The translations under genes and the position numbers were made by a program. From assembly GCF_001194135.2 (NCBI RefSeq), contig NC_068987.1, positions 10,180,780 to 10,213,445 of the forward strand: a stretch of DNA of 32,666 bases, read 5' to 3'. The notes under the pieces were generated by a model, which had not been told where the DNA came from, ran no database searches, and saw only the letters and a list, made by a program, of their open reading frames with translations. This stretch comes from Octopus bimaculoides. Taxonomy: Eukaryota. Positions 22,034 through 32,666 of this stretch are shown here, in pieces. The number at the start of each line of letters is the position of its first letter. Position 1 is the stretch's first letter.

Positions 22034-22160
22034 AAAGGAGAGTGGGCTAGTGGTCAGAGTATTACACTCACGATCGTGGTTTCGATTTCTGCGCTGGGCG
22101 GTGCGTTGTGTTCTTCATCCCAACACTTCACTTCACATTACTTCACACTGTAAACGGGCA
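22034..22160 (+). mobile_element. SINE family C head (degenerate)
   Basis: GGGCTAGTGGTCAGAG...GGTTTCGATTTC...GTTGTGTTCTTC..ACACTTCACTTCAC aligns by eye with the reverse complement of 23900-24020. Confidence 0.7.
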
Positions 22161-23497
22161 CTCGCAATATCTGGAAAGTTAACCCCAGGACGTTCAGGGG
22201 CGGGATAGGGTAGCATTTGTAATTCCAGTCATACGTCATGAAAAATGGATTAAGTCCCGGCCTTATACATCCTAGATTACATGATGGACCGGATTATTTG
22301 AAATGCCTGCATCTGTCTATGTTACATTATATAGACCCATACGTATATGGGAGGGCGTTTAATTATCCGTGTGCTTAAATCCATATTTATATCTCACACA
22401 GGGATCTGTAGTGTTTCGAGAATCCTCAGTTGATGTGGAGAAAGCTGATATCATCATATGATTCGTGTGCAGAAGCAAGGAATGGATTTAATTACATATT
22501 TACCAATAAAATACTCACACATGAGATCATTTACTTCGCAATCGTTTATGTTAACAGCTTAATGTTTACGAATGCAGTGTATGCAAAACAGATGCAGAGA
22601 TGTGAGGTAAAGTGAGGACTGGAAAGAGGAGAAAAAATTAACATTCGGTTTCGTGGAATTCTGGATTTATAATTCGTAAAGAGTTTTTTTGTTACAAAAT
22701 TTCTGTTTCTTTTATATAAGAAATCAATATTTATTATTTTTTCTTAAACGAATTTTATTCAGCACAATCGGAAGTGAATGAATTTTAACTTAAATTATGT
22801 AAATTATATACCATTTATTTGACGTCTTAACTCGTTTGCCCCTTTTCTTCTCTCTCTCTCTCGTATGCTTAGCTCTTATTCTTATGTAATAATTTCTTAA
22901 TACTTGAAATTCGCTTTGGTTTTCTTTTTTCATTTTTGCCAGCAGATACTTTACTTTCCTTATCATGTATTTTCTGCTAAGCACAAAGAAAATAACTCAG
23001 CAATATTAATTAAACAGCAGCCTCTCTCCCTCACAAAATTACAAATTATTATTTGAAAACGGAACGATTCAAATGCCTGTCATATAATATTATGCATATC
23101 TTTGTAAAGTCATCACCCATACACGTATCCCTTCTCTCCCTCTATCTCTCTCTTACTCTCTCTATCACTTTCTTTCACGTACATATCCTCAAATATAAAC
23201 ACATACATAGACTCACTATAAATTTGCAAATGTATCTATGCACGCATCCAGTCTTTTCAATATCGTATGAAGTGCGGAGCATTGCCATGACATTTTTAAC
23301 TGCAATCTATTTTAACATGCAAACTGAAATACGTAAAACAACTACAGAACACTTTGGAAAAGAATAATCCCCAACCGAAGTACCGGATATAGATAGATGT
23401 GTGTGCGTATGCATGTATGTACTAAAGTATGTATACATATATACATACATGTACACGTGCGTGGATGTGTGGGTGCAGTTTAGTGAAACTGAAGTTC

Positions 23498-23553
23498 ATT
23501 TCGCAACTTCATTGCCTGAAGATCGCAATAGCATGAAACTCGAGTCCCGAAAT
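23498..23553 (+). ncRNA. Penelope-type minimal hammerhead relic (core intact, stems I and II degraded)
   Basis: CTGAAGA...GAAAC-TCGA-GTC, with palindromic loop and GUC triplet. Upstream ATTTCGC versus downstream CCGAAAT. Confidence 0.55.
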
Positions 23554-23688
23554 AAACGTTTGATTTCATTAAACTATTTATTCAACATGTATTGATCATC
23601 GTACGATCATCGGTAACTGCGCAATATTTCAATAAAATTATCTCAAGATGCTACTATAAACTATAAAACTTACCTGGATATTTTGCAA

Positions 23689-24028
23689 AAGGTAAAGGTG
23701 CAATCCCATGAATGACCGTGGGATTGCACCAGGAAAGTTCCCTTCCGAAGCATAAGTCCGAGCTAGGTTGTTTATGGAAGACCAGCAGTCACCCATGCAT
23801 ACCAGCCTCTCCTCTCCACACCAGCGATGTTATCCAAGGGAAAGGCAAAGGGGCCGATACAGCTTGGCACCAGTGACGTCGCAACTCATTTCTACAGCTG
23901 AGTGAACTGGAGCAAAGTGAAATGAAGTGTCTTGTTCAAGAACACAACACACAGCCCGGTCCGGGAATCGAACTCACTAGCTGATGATTGTGAACCTAAT
24001 GCTCTAACCACTGACCCATGAGACTTCG
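23689..24028 (-). mobile_element. tRNA-derived SINE family C, near full length, with (ACCTTT)n-like tail
   Basis: Minus strand shows an A box (GGGTCAGTGGTTAGAGC), a B box (GAGTTCGATTCCC), a CORE-like GTGTTCTTGAACAAGACACTT segment and a CCTTTACCTTT tail of the kind known from RTE/BovB-mobilised SINEs. Confidence 0.88.
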
Positions 24029-24074
24029 CATGAGTGAAGTTCCCTACTCATCTAATCGTCTATAACTGCATAGT

Positions 24075-24205
24075 ATTCAAGTACCTTGTGATTCTGCAAA
24101 ATGCGTGAAAAAAAAAATTGACTTAGAGCTAACAGTATTACTCAAGTGGGTAATGGCCGGGATCTTCCCCTGACCTAACCCCTGTAGAAAATGTATGCGA
24201 TCATG
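24075..24205 (+). mobile_element. Tc1-family transposase fragment (decayed)
   Basis: QVPCDSAKCVKK resembles GAPCHTAKSVK; 24154-24195 WPGSSPDLTPVENV resembles WP.NSPDLNPIEN, the DD34E third-residue motif. Confidence 0.7.
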
Positions 24206-24594
24206 ATTTGAATATAAACTCCCCGTTTATCTGCTTACCTTTCTCTAAAGAACTACTACGAACGACTACTCAGATTTTCTTCGCTTTTGCCTGTGATCTT
24301 AAACTATGAACTTTAACGATATCTGCCTGCCTATAAAGATCTACCATGAACTCTCGCTACAAAGATCTCCTATAAAGATCTATTATAAAGATTTACTGTT
24401 AACTCTCGCTTTCCTGATTTTCCTTGTTTTCCTGCTTAATTAATTTTATTGTCACTTCGGCATAACTATTATACATTTATTTTGATGCCATTAACAACCC
24501 CTTGTCCCTCTGTTATTTTATTGTACTTTTATTAACCCGAGTGGTACATTGCTCACAGCTAACCTGTGTTTGCTATCGTCACACACATACACAC

Positions 24595-24750
24595 ACACGT
24601 GGTTTGATCAATAAGTATTCGGACTTTTGCCACAGTAACGAAGCTAAAGCATGCAGAATCAAGCTGCTTGGCACAGCATGTACTCTAAGTTTTAACTCTC
24701 CTGCGAGTATTTGTACAATGTTTCTAACTGACAATGTCTCTTCGCATTAA
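24595..24750 (+). mobile_element. Mariner-like element, single end fragment
   Basis: ACACGTGGTTTGATCAATAAGTATTCGGACT resembles mariner TIRs. No partner TIR found in the window. Confidence 0.5.
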
Positions 24751-24759
24751 CTGTTTTAT

Positions 24760-26658
24760 TTTGGTTTAACGCTTCATGATAGGCTGTCGGACAACCTTAT
24801 GACATGTTTGTTCAGAATTTTTTTTTTTTTACCAGTTTAAGGTTTCTGAGTGGAAAATCTAAACCGAGGATAGGGTTACAAGTATCATTAGAAAAATCCA
24901 GAGAGATTTGAGAGGATGCTTCCTACTTTGTAGATGTATAGTTTGTTGAATAAATCAATGGGTTCCACAAAGTTTCCACGGATTATTATCATTTTCAAAT
25001 CGATTAATTCATTTGGTTGTTCTTAATAATTTGAAACATCATTGTAAAATTCAGAAAATGGCATGCATTTTGTGGCCAAAACATTTCCTGATATAAGACA
25101 GGTATAGCCAGAGGAATTTTAAAAAAAGGATGAAAAATAAATTTTCTTTGCAGTTTCAAATCTTGTTAGATTATCATTGACAGAACCTAAAACGACATCA
25201 AAAACAGTTGTCCGAGATAAAACTTCTGCTTATGTGTCAGGTGCCTTGGTCTGGCTTCCATCTCTTGCCTGATTCTCAGAAAAAACTTTTCTTTCGCTTT
25301 CTCTCATTTGCTTGTAATTTAATTCTTATTTTAAGAATATTAGGAACCTGTTTTAATTCTACAAGTGTTTTAATTTGCTTTCTTTCATTTTCTTGTAAAT
25401 TAATTTCAATTTTCAAATTGTTAGCCGCATGTTTTTTTTTCTACCAATCACTGTTAAATTGAACTTTCAGTTCCTACAAAGTTTTTGATGAACATTTCAA
25501 TGCAATTCTCTTTAGTATTAACAGTGACGTCTGCTATCTGTAATACAATGTTGTAAATGTTATAGCGAATAAATTTGCGATATGAGTATGCGTCTTAAAG
25601 AGAACAACATGTGTCTAAAAGCACAGGCTACTTCTCTTTTGATCTTTGTTATAAGATTAACCTTCACAACATTTCGCAGTGGTAATTTCAAACGAATGAG
25701 ATTTAATCCAAATGACTTCACGCCTTTAATTCTAGCTACCATACGGTAGTTGGGTTACGAGGCAATGATTAATAGTCTGTATGTATCAGATGAGATTGCC
25801 ATTTTTTTTTTTCTTTTGATAAGGAAATATTATATAGACACGATTAGTAGTTCTGAAAAATGCACCAATATTACTTTAACACACGGCTGAATTCGTGCAC
25901 ATAAATTCAAAGTATGACATAAACAAGGAGAGAAAAATAGTGAGATTTTCATTAAGTGATATATTTAGCACTCTTTTATACTTGACTTCTATATTGACTT
26001 CACTGCCTTACCCTTGATCCAGGCTACCTTCTAAAAGAATGTTATATTTAATCAATGTTTCTCTTATCAGCTTCGCAATATCAGAGCCTGTTTTCTTACA
26101 ACAGCCTTCAGAAGATAAAAATCTTTCCTGAATTTTAAATTCTTAATCTATGCTTTTAAGGCAACACATGATAAAAGTTATCTACCCGAAATGTGAAGAA
26201 TCAAATGTTGCATCAACTATGTTTGAATAGTAACCTGTTTTTGATTTTTTTTTAAACTATGTTTCAAAACGAAATCTGAGCAAAGAGAAATAAAGTTATT
26301 TCATGATTCAACCGACAAATAATATACAGGCGATCTTTCCCCTTTCTCCTAGATTGTTTTGATCTTCCCAATACGAGTTTCAAGTTCAAACAACTTAGGT
26401 AAATCTAACATTGTGAACACTGAATTCAAATGAAGTGTTTTATCAGATAATAACTCCTTTTCACTCCAAAATGAAAATATTGTCAATTAGACAGCGTAAA
26501 ATATTAGTCCAGTTCGCCCATTTTGTTACAATATGTTTATAAAGAAAATGTCCCATGCGTCTGTTTGAATGAACTTATATTTTAAACATTCTTCATGCTT
26601 AACTACATTCATGGATCTGTTTGAATGAATTTACAGATTAAGCTCCCTCCACGATACC
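24760..26658 (-). pseudogene. Decayed hAT-superfamily transposase (ZMYM1-like type)
   Basis: Minus-strand pieces in the expected order across stops and frameshifts: WTNILRCLIDNIF; PVYYLSVES*NNFISLCSDFV; YYSNIVDATFDSSH (catalytic D at 26212-26214); FKIQERFL..CCKKTGSDIAKLIRETL; DQG*; FSPCLCHTLNLC (CxxH); ARIKGVKSF; AANNLKIEINL; RFETAKKI; and a KLKL..K...RTNMS dimerisation-domain remnant. The element may extend to about 27900. Confidence 0.9.
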
Positions 26659-26884
26659 TACGAGGGCAGCGGGGGTCTGAAAAGTTCCTGGCTTTGGATA
26701 AAAGAAAATACAGGAGGATTAGTTAATTATGATTTTATTCAACATATTCCCCTCTCAGATTCACACACTTAATGCAGCGGTCCTTCAGTTTTTCTAAGCC
26801 CTGTAAAAGAACTCGGAGGTTTGGGCCTCTAATCAAGCCTTTTGTGATACTCTTAAAGCCAGGAACTTCCATTACCCCCTCGAG

Positions 26885-26886
<2 letters not shown>
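26659..26886 (-). mobile_element. Mariner-derived MITE (~225 bp) nested in the hAT element
   Basis: Imperfect TIRs TACGAGGG..GGTCTGAAAAGTTCCTGGCTTT and AAAGCCAGGAACTTCCATTACCCCCTCGAGTA with TA at both ends. The internal minus-strand frame GLEKLKDRCIKCVNLRGEYVE* matches the mariner transposase C-terminus. Confidence 0.88.
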
Positions 26887-26923
<37 letters not shown>

Positions 26924-26987
26924 ACACACACACGCACGCACGCACGCGTGCACACACGCGCACACGCACACACATACATACATATAT

Positions 26988-27150
26988 GCGACGGGATTCT
27001 TTTTCGTTTCCCTACCAAATCCACTCAAAGGCTATGGTCGGCCCGATGCTATAGTAAAAGACACTTGGTCAAGGTGCTACGCAATGGGACTGAACCCAGA
27101 ACCATGTAGTTGGGAAGCAAACTTCTAACTACCCAGTCACACCTGCTCCT
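26988..27150 (-). mobile_element. SINE family A, 5' half
   Basis: Minus strand AGGAGCAGGTGTGACTGGGTAG (A box region)...GGTTCTGGGTTCAGTCCC (B box)...GCACCTTGACCAAGTGTCTT. Confidence 0.85.
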
Positions 27151-28040
27151 GTGTACTTTGTGAATACGTCCTATCCTCATACATTTTCAGTGTTCTCTGC
27201 ACTTAACTGTCTTAACTCTCAAATATCGAATCTAGCTCGTGTGTGTGTCATTGATGTATTATTTTCTCATAGATTTGTTTTAAGTTAATGGAATTTTGTT
27301 TCCTTTCAAGTATGGCATTCGTGGGCAATGCAGATGGTTCAACACTATCGACAGATTCACTTCCAGGTATATATATAAAGGCATTTTGTTTTTTAAATTG
27401 CTCTTGAACAGCTGGTTCAGCTTCTGCTGATAAATATTCATCTCGTAGATTTTGTTTTTGAAGTAATATCCATTTTCAAGTAATGACTCTGTGTTTTCGC
27501 CTATTTCTTACTTTTCATTCCCTTTGCATTCGCGTTCCAAACTCCTGCTTGCGCATTGAATTGACATGATTAAAACGCATGTTGGAAGTGTTAATAAAAA
27601 TAATTTTAAAAAAGATCAAATGGATAGCATCAACGAGGAATTATATTAAATATTTCTTTTTATTTCATGGTAACCAACAGAATACAGAATAAAAGGAAAA
27701 AAAAACGGAGAAAAGAAAAAAATTCCTTAAAAATTTTTATTTGAGAAGGAATTACTACTAAGGTATGTGGCGAGAAAAACAAATGATTCCATGGTACTGA
27801 CCAAAATTTTACGGTTATCTGGGGTTCTTGTGACAGACTGCAATAGTTTCTCTTTTAAACCCGCAAACAAAAAGCGTTATAAACTGTAATTTGCATATAT
27901 ATATAAATTTAAGGAATGGAGTGAACGCATGTTATAACTGCATACTTTATTCCAACATATGTTTCGAAGAATTACAATTTATGCGATCCATAGGAATCGT
28001 CGATGTTAAAAATGTAAACTTCTCCTCAGGGAAATGTATA

Positions 28041-28210
28041 GGGATCATCTTAGACGTAAGACATTATAACCGAGTATGAGAACTATAGTTGGATAAGGTT
28101 ATAACGTAATTCATTTGAAATAACGGTTTTTTTCAAATGAATTACGTTATAACCTTATCCAACTATAGTTCTCATACTAGGTCATAATGTCTTACGTTTA
28201 AGATGATCCC
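28041..28210. repeat. Near-perfect palindrome: 80-bp arms, 10-nt loop, 3 mismatches
   Basis: 28041-28120 versus the reverse complement of 28131-28210 differ only at three positions; loop TAACGGTTTT. Confidence 0.97.
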
Positions 28211-28474
28211 GNNNNNNNNNNNNNNNNNNNNNNNNNNNNNNNNNNNNNNNNNNNNNNNNNNNNNNNNNNNNNNNNNNNNNNNNNNNNNNNNNNNNNNNNN
28301 NNNNNNNNNNNNNNNNNNNNNNNNNNNNNNNNNNNNNNNNNNNNNNNNNNNNNNNNNNNNNNNNNNNNNNNNNNNNNNNNNNNNNNNNNNNNNNNNNNNN
28401 NNNNNNNNNNNNNNNNNNNNNNNNNNNNNNNNNNNNNNNNNNNNNNNNNNNNNNNNNNNNNNNNNNNNNNNNNN

Positions 28475-28814
28475 TATATATTGCGTGGCATCTTGGGCAA
28501 TTGTCTTCTACTACAGATTCTGGTCGACCAAAGCCTTGTGAGTAGATTTGATAGACGGAAACTGAAAGAAGCCCGTCGTATATGTGTGCGTGTCTCTCTG
28601 TCTGTCTGTGTTTGTGCCTCTTCCCATCCAACATCGCTTGACAACCGATGCTGGTACATTTACGTTCCCGTAACTTAGCGGTTCGGCAAAAGACCCCAAT
28701 AGAATAAGTACTAAGCTTACAAAGAATAAGTCATGTGGTCGATTTGCTCGACTAAAGGCGGTGCTCCAGCATGGCCGCGTTCAAAATGACTGAAACAAGT
28801 AAAAGAATAAAGAA
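28475..28814 (+). mobile_element. tRNA-derived SINE family A (head lost in gap)
   Basis: GCGTGGCATCTTGGGCAA..GTCTTCTACTA..GGTCGACCAAAGCCTTGTGAGTAGATTTG..GAAACTGAAAGAAGCCCGTCG..AACTTAGCGGTTCGGCAAAAG..AAGTAAAAGAATAAAG. Homologous to the SINE in the tRNA array and to 26988-27150. Confidence 0.88.
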
Positions 28815-29273
28815 TTTATATATATATATATATTTATTTATTTATATACACACACATATATATGTATACACACACCCACACATATATACACACACACACA
28901 CACATATATATACACACACACATATACACACATATATGTACACATACACACACATATATATATACATACATATATTTATATACACATATGTATGCACACA
29001 CATATATATATACACACATATATATACACATATATGCATGCACACACATATATACATGCACACACACACACACACACATACACACACATACATTTACTGA
29101 CATATACGTGTATATGTTCAACTATATAACAGACCGATATAGCTATATACGGTTTGCGGATATGCATATGTACATAGCTTATACTTTAATAATATCATTG
29201 AGCTTTGCGTATAGCATAGTTTAAACATGTCTGTGTATGAATATACATAAGCAGGATGACGTAGAGGAACATT

Positions 29274-29320
<47 letters not shown>

Positions 29321-29355
29321 TAAACAACTATATACACACATATATATACATATGT
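28815..29355. repeat. Compound (TA)n/(CA)n microsatellite field
   Basis: Direct reading. Confidence 0.95.
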
Positions 29356-30364
29356 CAATGGTGACGGAGAGAGAGACAGAGAGAATGAAAGAGATTTGGC
29401 AGGTAATATGAAAAGCTTCTCTAAACGACCATATCTTGAGTACTGTACCAAGCACATTTGAAGAAATATTTGAAAATACCTGCTAAGTGGTTATTAGAGT
29501 GAAGAAGTCTGAAGCATGAAATACCATTTTTGTTATTTCATGAAAGTCCAATAAATTGCTTGTTAACGAAAGGCAAATATTTCATTGTGGCGTTTGACAA
29601 ATTCTGAAATCTCGTTGATGAGTGTGTAATTGACTTCTTTCTTAAGTACACAGCCAATTTTTCTATGGCGAAATAATATAGAGAAATGATTCTAGCTTCA
29701 TATATTTCTAATATTCATTTGGTCGATGTTAGAAGGATGTGTAATGCAATTATGACTTCTGTTCAATTTGATTTCAGATCCATTATGAACGAAAATATGT
29801 ACGGAAATGTATTTCGTCTGGCCCTCAACTTACCTCGACCATCAATAGCACTTTAGGTGAATGCCTTTATATACTTTTAGATTCGTGTCCTTTTTATTTA
29901 GTTTTAATATAACGGACTGTCGTTTCATCCCCAATCACCGATGCTGTATTGAGTCACAAGCAAAGACTCTCAACTTCTTAATTTCATCTGTGCATATATG
30001 TTTCAATCTCCACCAGTGATTCGCTTCTCAATTCTTTTGAAAGTTCTGAAGGGTTACACCTCTCTGAGGAACCTCTATAAATGGGCGGAATACGAACGAG
30101 ATTGTCTCCCCTACGAGTCAGTCAAGAAAATACGATAATAGGCTAATATTTTTTCCTTTATCCCATATGTAGATATACATTGACTACTAAATGTCCTTTA
30201 GAATAAATAGATACTCAAGTTTTATGCACATATAAATTACACGTATTTGTTAAAACACCGTATAACAATGGAATGAAGTTTAAATTGTATAATTATAGAT
30301 ATGTGTGTATGCGTTTCTGTCTGCATCTTTGTCCGTATATGTATGCGCTTAAACAGAAAGACAG

Positions 30365-30366
30365 AT

Positions 30367-30462
<96 letters not shown>

Positions 30463-30692
30463 GCGGCGAGCTGGCAGAAACATTAGCACGCCGGGCGAAA
30501 TGCTTAGCGGTATTTCGTGTGTCGCTACGTTCTGAGTTCAAATTCCGCCGAGGTCGACTTTGCCTTTCATCCTTTCGGGGTCGATAAATTAAGTACCAGT
30601 TACGCACTGGGGTCGATGTAATCGACTTAATCCCTTTGTCTGTCCTTGTTTGTCACCCTCTATGTTTAGCCCCTTGTGGGCAATAAAGAAAT

Positions 30693-30749
<57 letters not shown>
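30365..30749. repeat. (GATA)n microsatellite split by a family B SINE
   Basis: Direct reading. Confidence 0.97.
30461..30696 (+). mobile_element. SINE-like family B, full-length copy inserted in a (GATA)n tract
   Basis: AGGCGGCGAGCTGGCAGAAACATTAG (A-box-like)...GAGTTCAAATTCC (B box)...GGGCAATAAAGAAATAA, flanked on both sides by (GATA)n. Confidence 0.9.
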
Positions 30750-31418
30750 TGTAGTAAATTATTCTCTCGTTGTGTTCCTTTGTGTATTCCCCATGCAAGA
30801 TAAAGACTGAGAAACGAAAGCCAGATAGAAATTCGTTGATATATTATCAGTTCAACGAACCCAACAACAACAACTATTTAAACAACGGCAACAGTAACAA
30901 CAACAACAACCATTACAAACTGCCCTTGCAACAACAACAACAATAACAACAACAACAACACCTACAATAGCAACAATTGGATGATAAAAGAAAACGAATA
31001 CAGAAAAAAACTTGAAGCAAATTGTCAAGAAATAAGATGCCTGTGAGGAATGTAAAACTAAATAAATAAATAAAAAGTAAACATCGTCCATTTTGGATTG
31101 TAGATTTTTATTTGAACGAAGAATTCCAACTTCCATATTTAGCGTTTATTTTCCAGCTTCAGGTTTTGGTTTCACTTAATAACGAAGGGTTGTAAGGAAA
31201 TGGGAAGTTCTTAAATAAAGGCTCAAAGCAGTCGAGAACCACTGTTTGTTTCGTTATTATGTATTTATCTATTTGTGCTTTTTATATGTAAATATATAAA
31301 CGTTATGAGTCTATGCATGTGTGCGTGTAGGCATATTTGTGCAGTATGGGACGTTTGGGCACACTCGTTCGGCGCTGCTTATTTGGCATTATTTCTCATT
31401 TATTTAATATCAGATGTT

Positions 31419-31422
<4 letters not shown>

Positions 31423-31499
<77 letters not shown>

Positions 31500-31517
31500 C
31501 TTCACACACACACACAC
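31423..31517. repeat. (CT)n followed by (CA)n
   Basis: Direct reading. Confidence 0.98.
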
Positions 31518-31519
31518 TA

Positions 31520-31759
31520 GGTCAAACTGTTTAGTCTGTCGAATCTGAAAGCAGAATCCAAGGTGCGCCAGGTGTTCATAAGAGAAATGCTGTTTGCAGA
31601 CGATGCAGCACTGACAGCGGACTCTGAAGAGCAAATGCAGCACCTCGTGGACAAACTTTCAAAGGCCTATCACGAACTGAGCTTGACTATCAGTCTGAAG
31701 AAGACCCAACTAATGGGTCAAAGTGTCAAGCACGCCCCCACCATCACCATCAACAAATA
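31520..31759 (+). mobile_element. RTE/BovB-clade LINE reverse transcriptase fragment
   Basis: KLFSLSNLKAESKVRQVFIREMLFADDAALTADSEEQMQHLVDKLSKAYHELSLTISLKKTQLM contains the FADD catalytic motif and the RTE-typical KLF.L..L.A..KV and LTISLKKT motifs. Confidence 0.93.
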
Positions 31760-32010
31760 GGCACAGGAGTGGCTGTGTGGTAAGTAGCATTTCGCCCGGC
31801 GTGCTAACGTTTCTCTTCTCTAGGCACAAGACCCGAAATGTTGGGAAGGGAGCCAGTCGATTAGATCAACCCAGTACGCAACTGGTACTTAATTTATCGA
31901 CCCCGAAAGGATGAATTAAGAGCCAAATTAAGTATCAGTTGCGTACTGGTGTCAATCTAATTGACTGGCTCCCTCCCCAAAAATTTCGGGCCATGTGGCT
32001 AGAGTAGGAA
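31760..32010. mobile_element. Mosaic of SINE fragments (A head, B minus, B plus) forming an inverted repeat
   Basis: 31760-31788 is a family A head; 31787-31813 is family B minus; 31820-31915 is the family B 3' part on minus; 31925-32010 is the family B 3' part on plus. Confidence 0.8.
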
Positions 32011-32544
32011 AGTAATATAGACGAACCTGGGAGCGGTTTCGTTGGTTGATTGTGCAGATGTTCTCTGAAGCAATGGTACAAGAACTGCTACGACGGATTT
32101 CAATTTCCAAGAAGTTTCTGGTTATTTTCCTAATTAAATATGCAGGTAGCTTTAGCGACCATTCAACAGAAGTCAATTTGGCTATATCAGTTTTAGCTGA
32201 AAGAAAAATAGCACCACTTCTAGCTTGCTATCGTTTAGCATACCTGGATTTCTTTAGTAATTATATTAAACAAACTTCGTCGGTTTTAGCTGAGAATAAA
32301 AGTCACTTCCCTCGTTGCTCGCTATCGTTTAACTTATCTGAAATGTGTTTGATAATCTTATTAAACAAAGGATTTGAAACAAAACAAAAGTTTTCCCAGT
32401 TGAACATTCGACAGTTTACTTAATTGTACAAACCTAACGAATGAAAAATGTTTAACCTGCTGAAACACATTATATCATATGCAGAATTTAAGCACCTGAT
32501 ATTGGGGGGAATTTAGAAAGAGCAGGCGATTAATAACACTCAGT

Positions 32545-32607
32545 TCTTTGCCGAACCACTAACTTACGGGGACGTAAACACACCAGCATCGCATGTCAAG
32601 CGATGTT

Positions 32608-32610
<3 letters not shown>
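32545..32610 (-). mobile_element. SINE family A internal fragment
   Basis: TTTGCCGAACCACTAACTTACGGGGACGTAAACACACCAGCATC..TCAAGCGATGTTGGG is the reverse complement of the 28625-28690 region. Confidence 0.8.
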
Positions 32611-32659
<49 letters not shown>

Positions 32660-32666
32660 CATATAT

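Noticed and set aside
22401-22435. Minus-strand CTGAGGA-TTCTC-GAAAC hammerhead-like motif
   Set aside because: No stem II, stem III or stem I pairing.
23668-23676. Perfect CAG|GTAAGT donor on the minus strand next to the SINE C tail
   Set aside because: A single 9-mer is plausible by chance in this much sequence; no acceptor or transcript evidence.
24330-24410. Short (ATAAAGATCT)-like repeats
   Set aside because: A small degenerate minisatellite with no further structure.
27311-27366. Candidate 56-bp exon (polypyrimidine-CAAG ... CCAG|GTATAT; MAFVGNADGSTLSTDSLP)
   Set aside because: No recognisable protein, a weak donor and no partner exons; it probably lies antisense within the 5' part of the hAT element.
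29778-29856. Candidate exon TTTCAG|ATCC...TTAG|GTGAAT and the nearby 46-aa ORF at about 29998-30140
   Set aside because: No recognisable homology; such signals are common in AT-rich DNA.

Overview
Eukaryotic, AT-rich, microsatellite-saturated, repeat-dominated scaffold with eight N-gaps (5495-6278, 8297-8525, 9801-10018, 11093-11192, 15863-15884, 17092-17425, 20550-21191, 28212-28474). The repeat families and microsatellite load resemble what I recall of Octopus genomes; this taxonomic assignment is inference, not a database result. I find no confident host protein-coding exon, and most listed ORFs are microsatellite or N-gap artefacts. Supported content: (1) a ~597-bp tandem array whose unit is a truncated tRNA-derived SINE (+) facing a tRNA-Gly(TCC) gene (-), with four tRNA copies visible (10019-12655); (2) decayed non-LTR retrotransposon pieces of several clades: L1/Tx1 ORF1 zinc knuckle and RT, two RLE-type 3' ends and an RTE/BovB RT; (3) a ~1.9-kb decayed hAT transposase (-) with a nested mariner MITE, plus Tc1 and mariner fragments; (4) many copies of three SINE families; (5) several Penelope-type minimal hammerhead ribozyme relics; (6) an 80-bp-arm near-perfect palindrome, a triple CACGTG E-box with 6-bp spacers, an apparent twin-priming LINE inversion and a SINE that recurrently inserts at one site in itself. 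Nothing here proves a new biological system. The best leads are the SINE-tRNA amplicon, the self-targeting SINE junction, the hammerhead relics and the palindrome.
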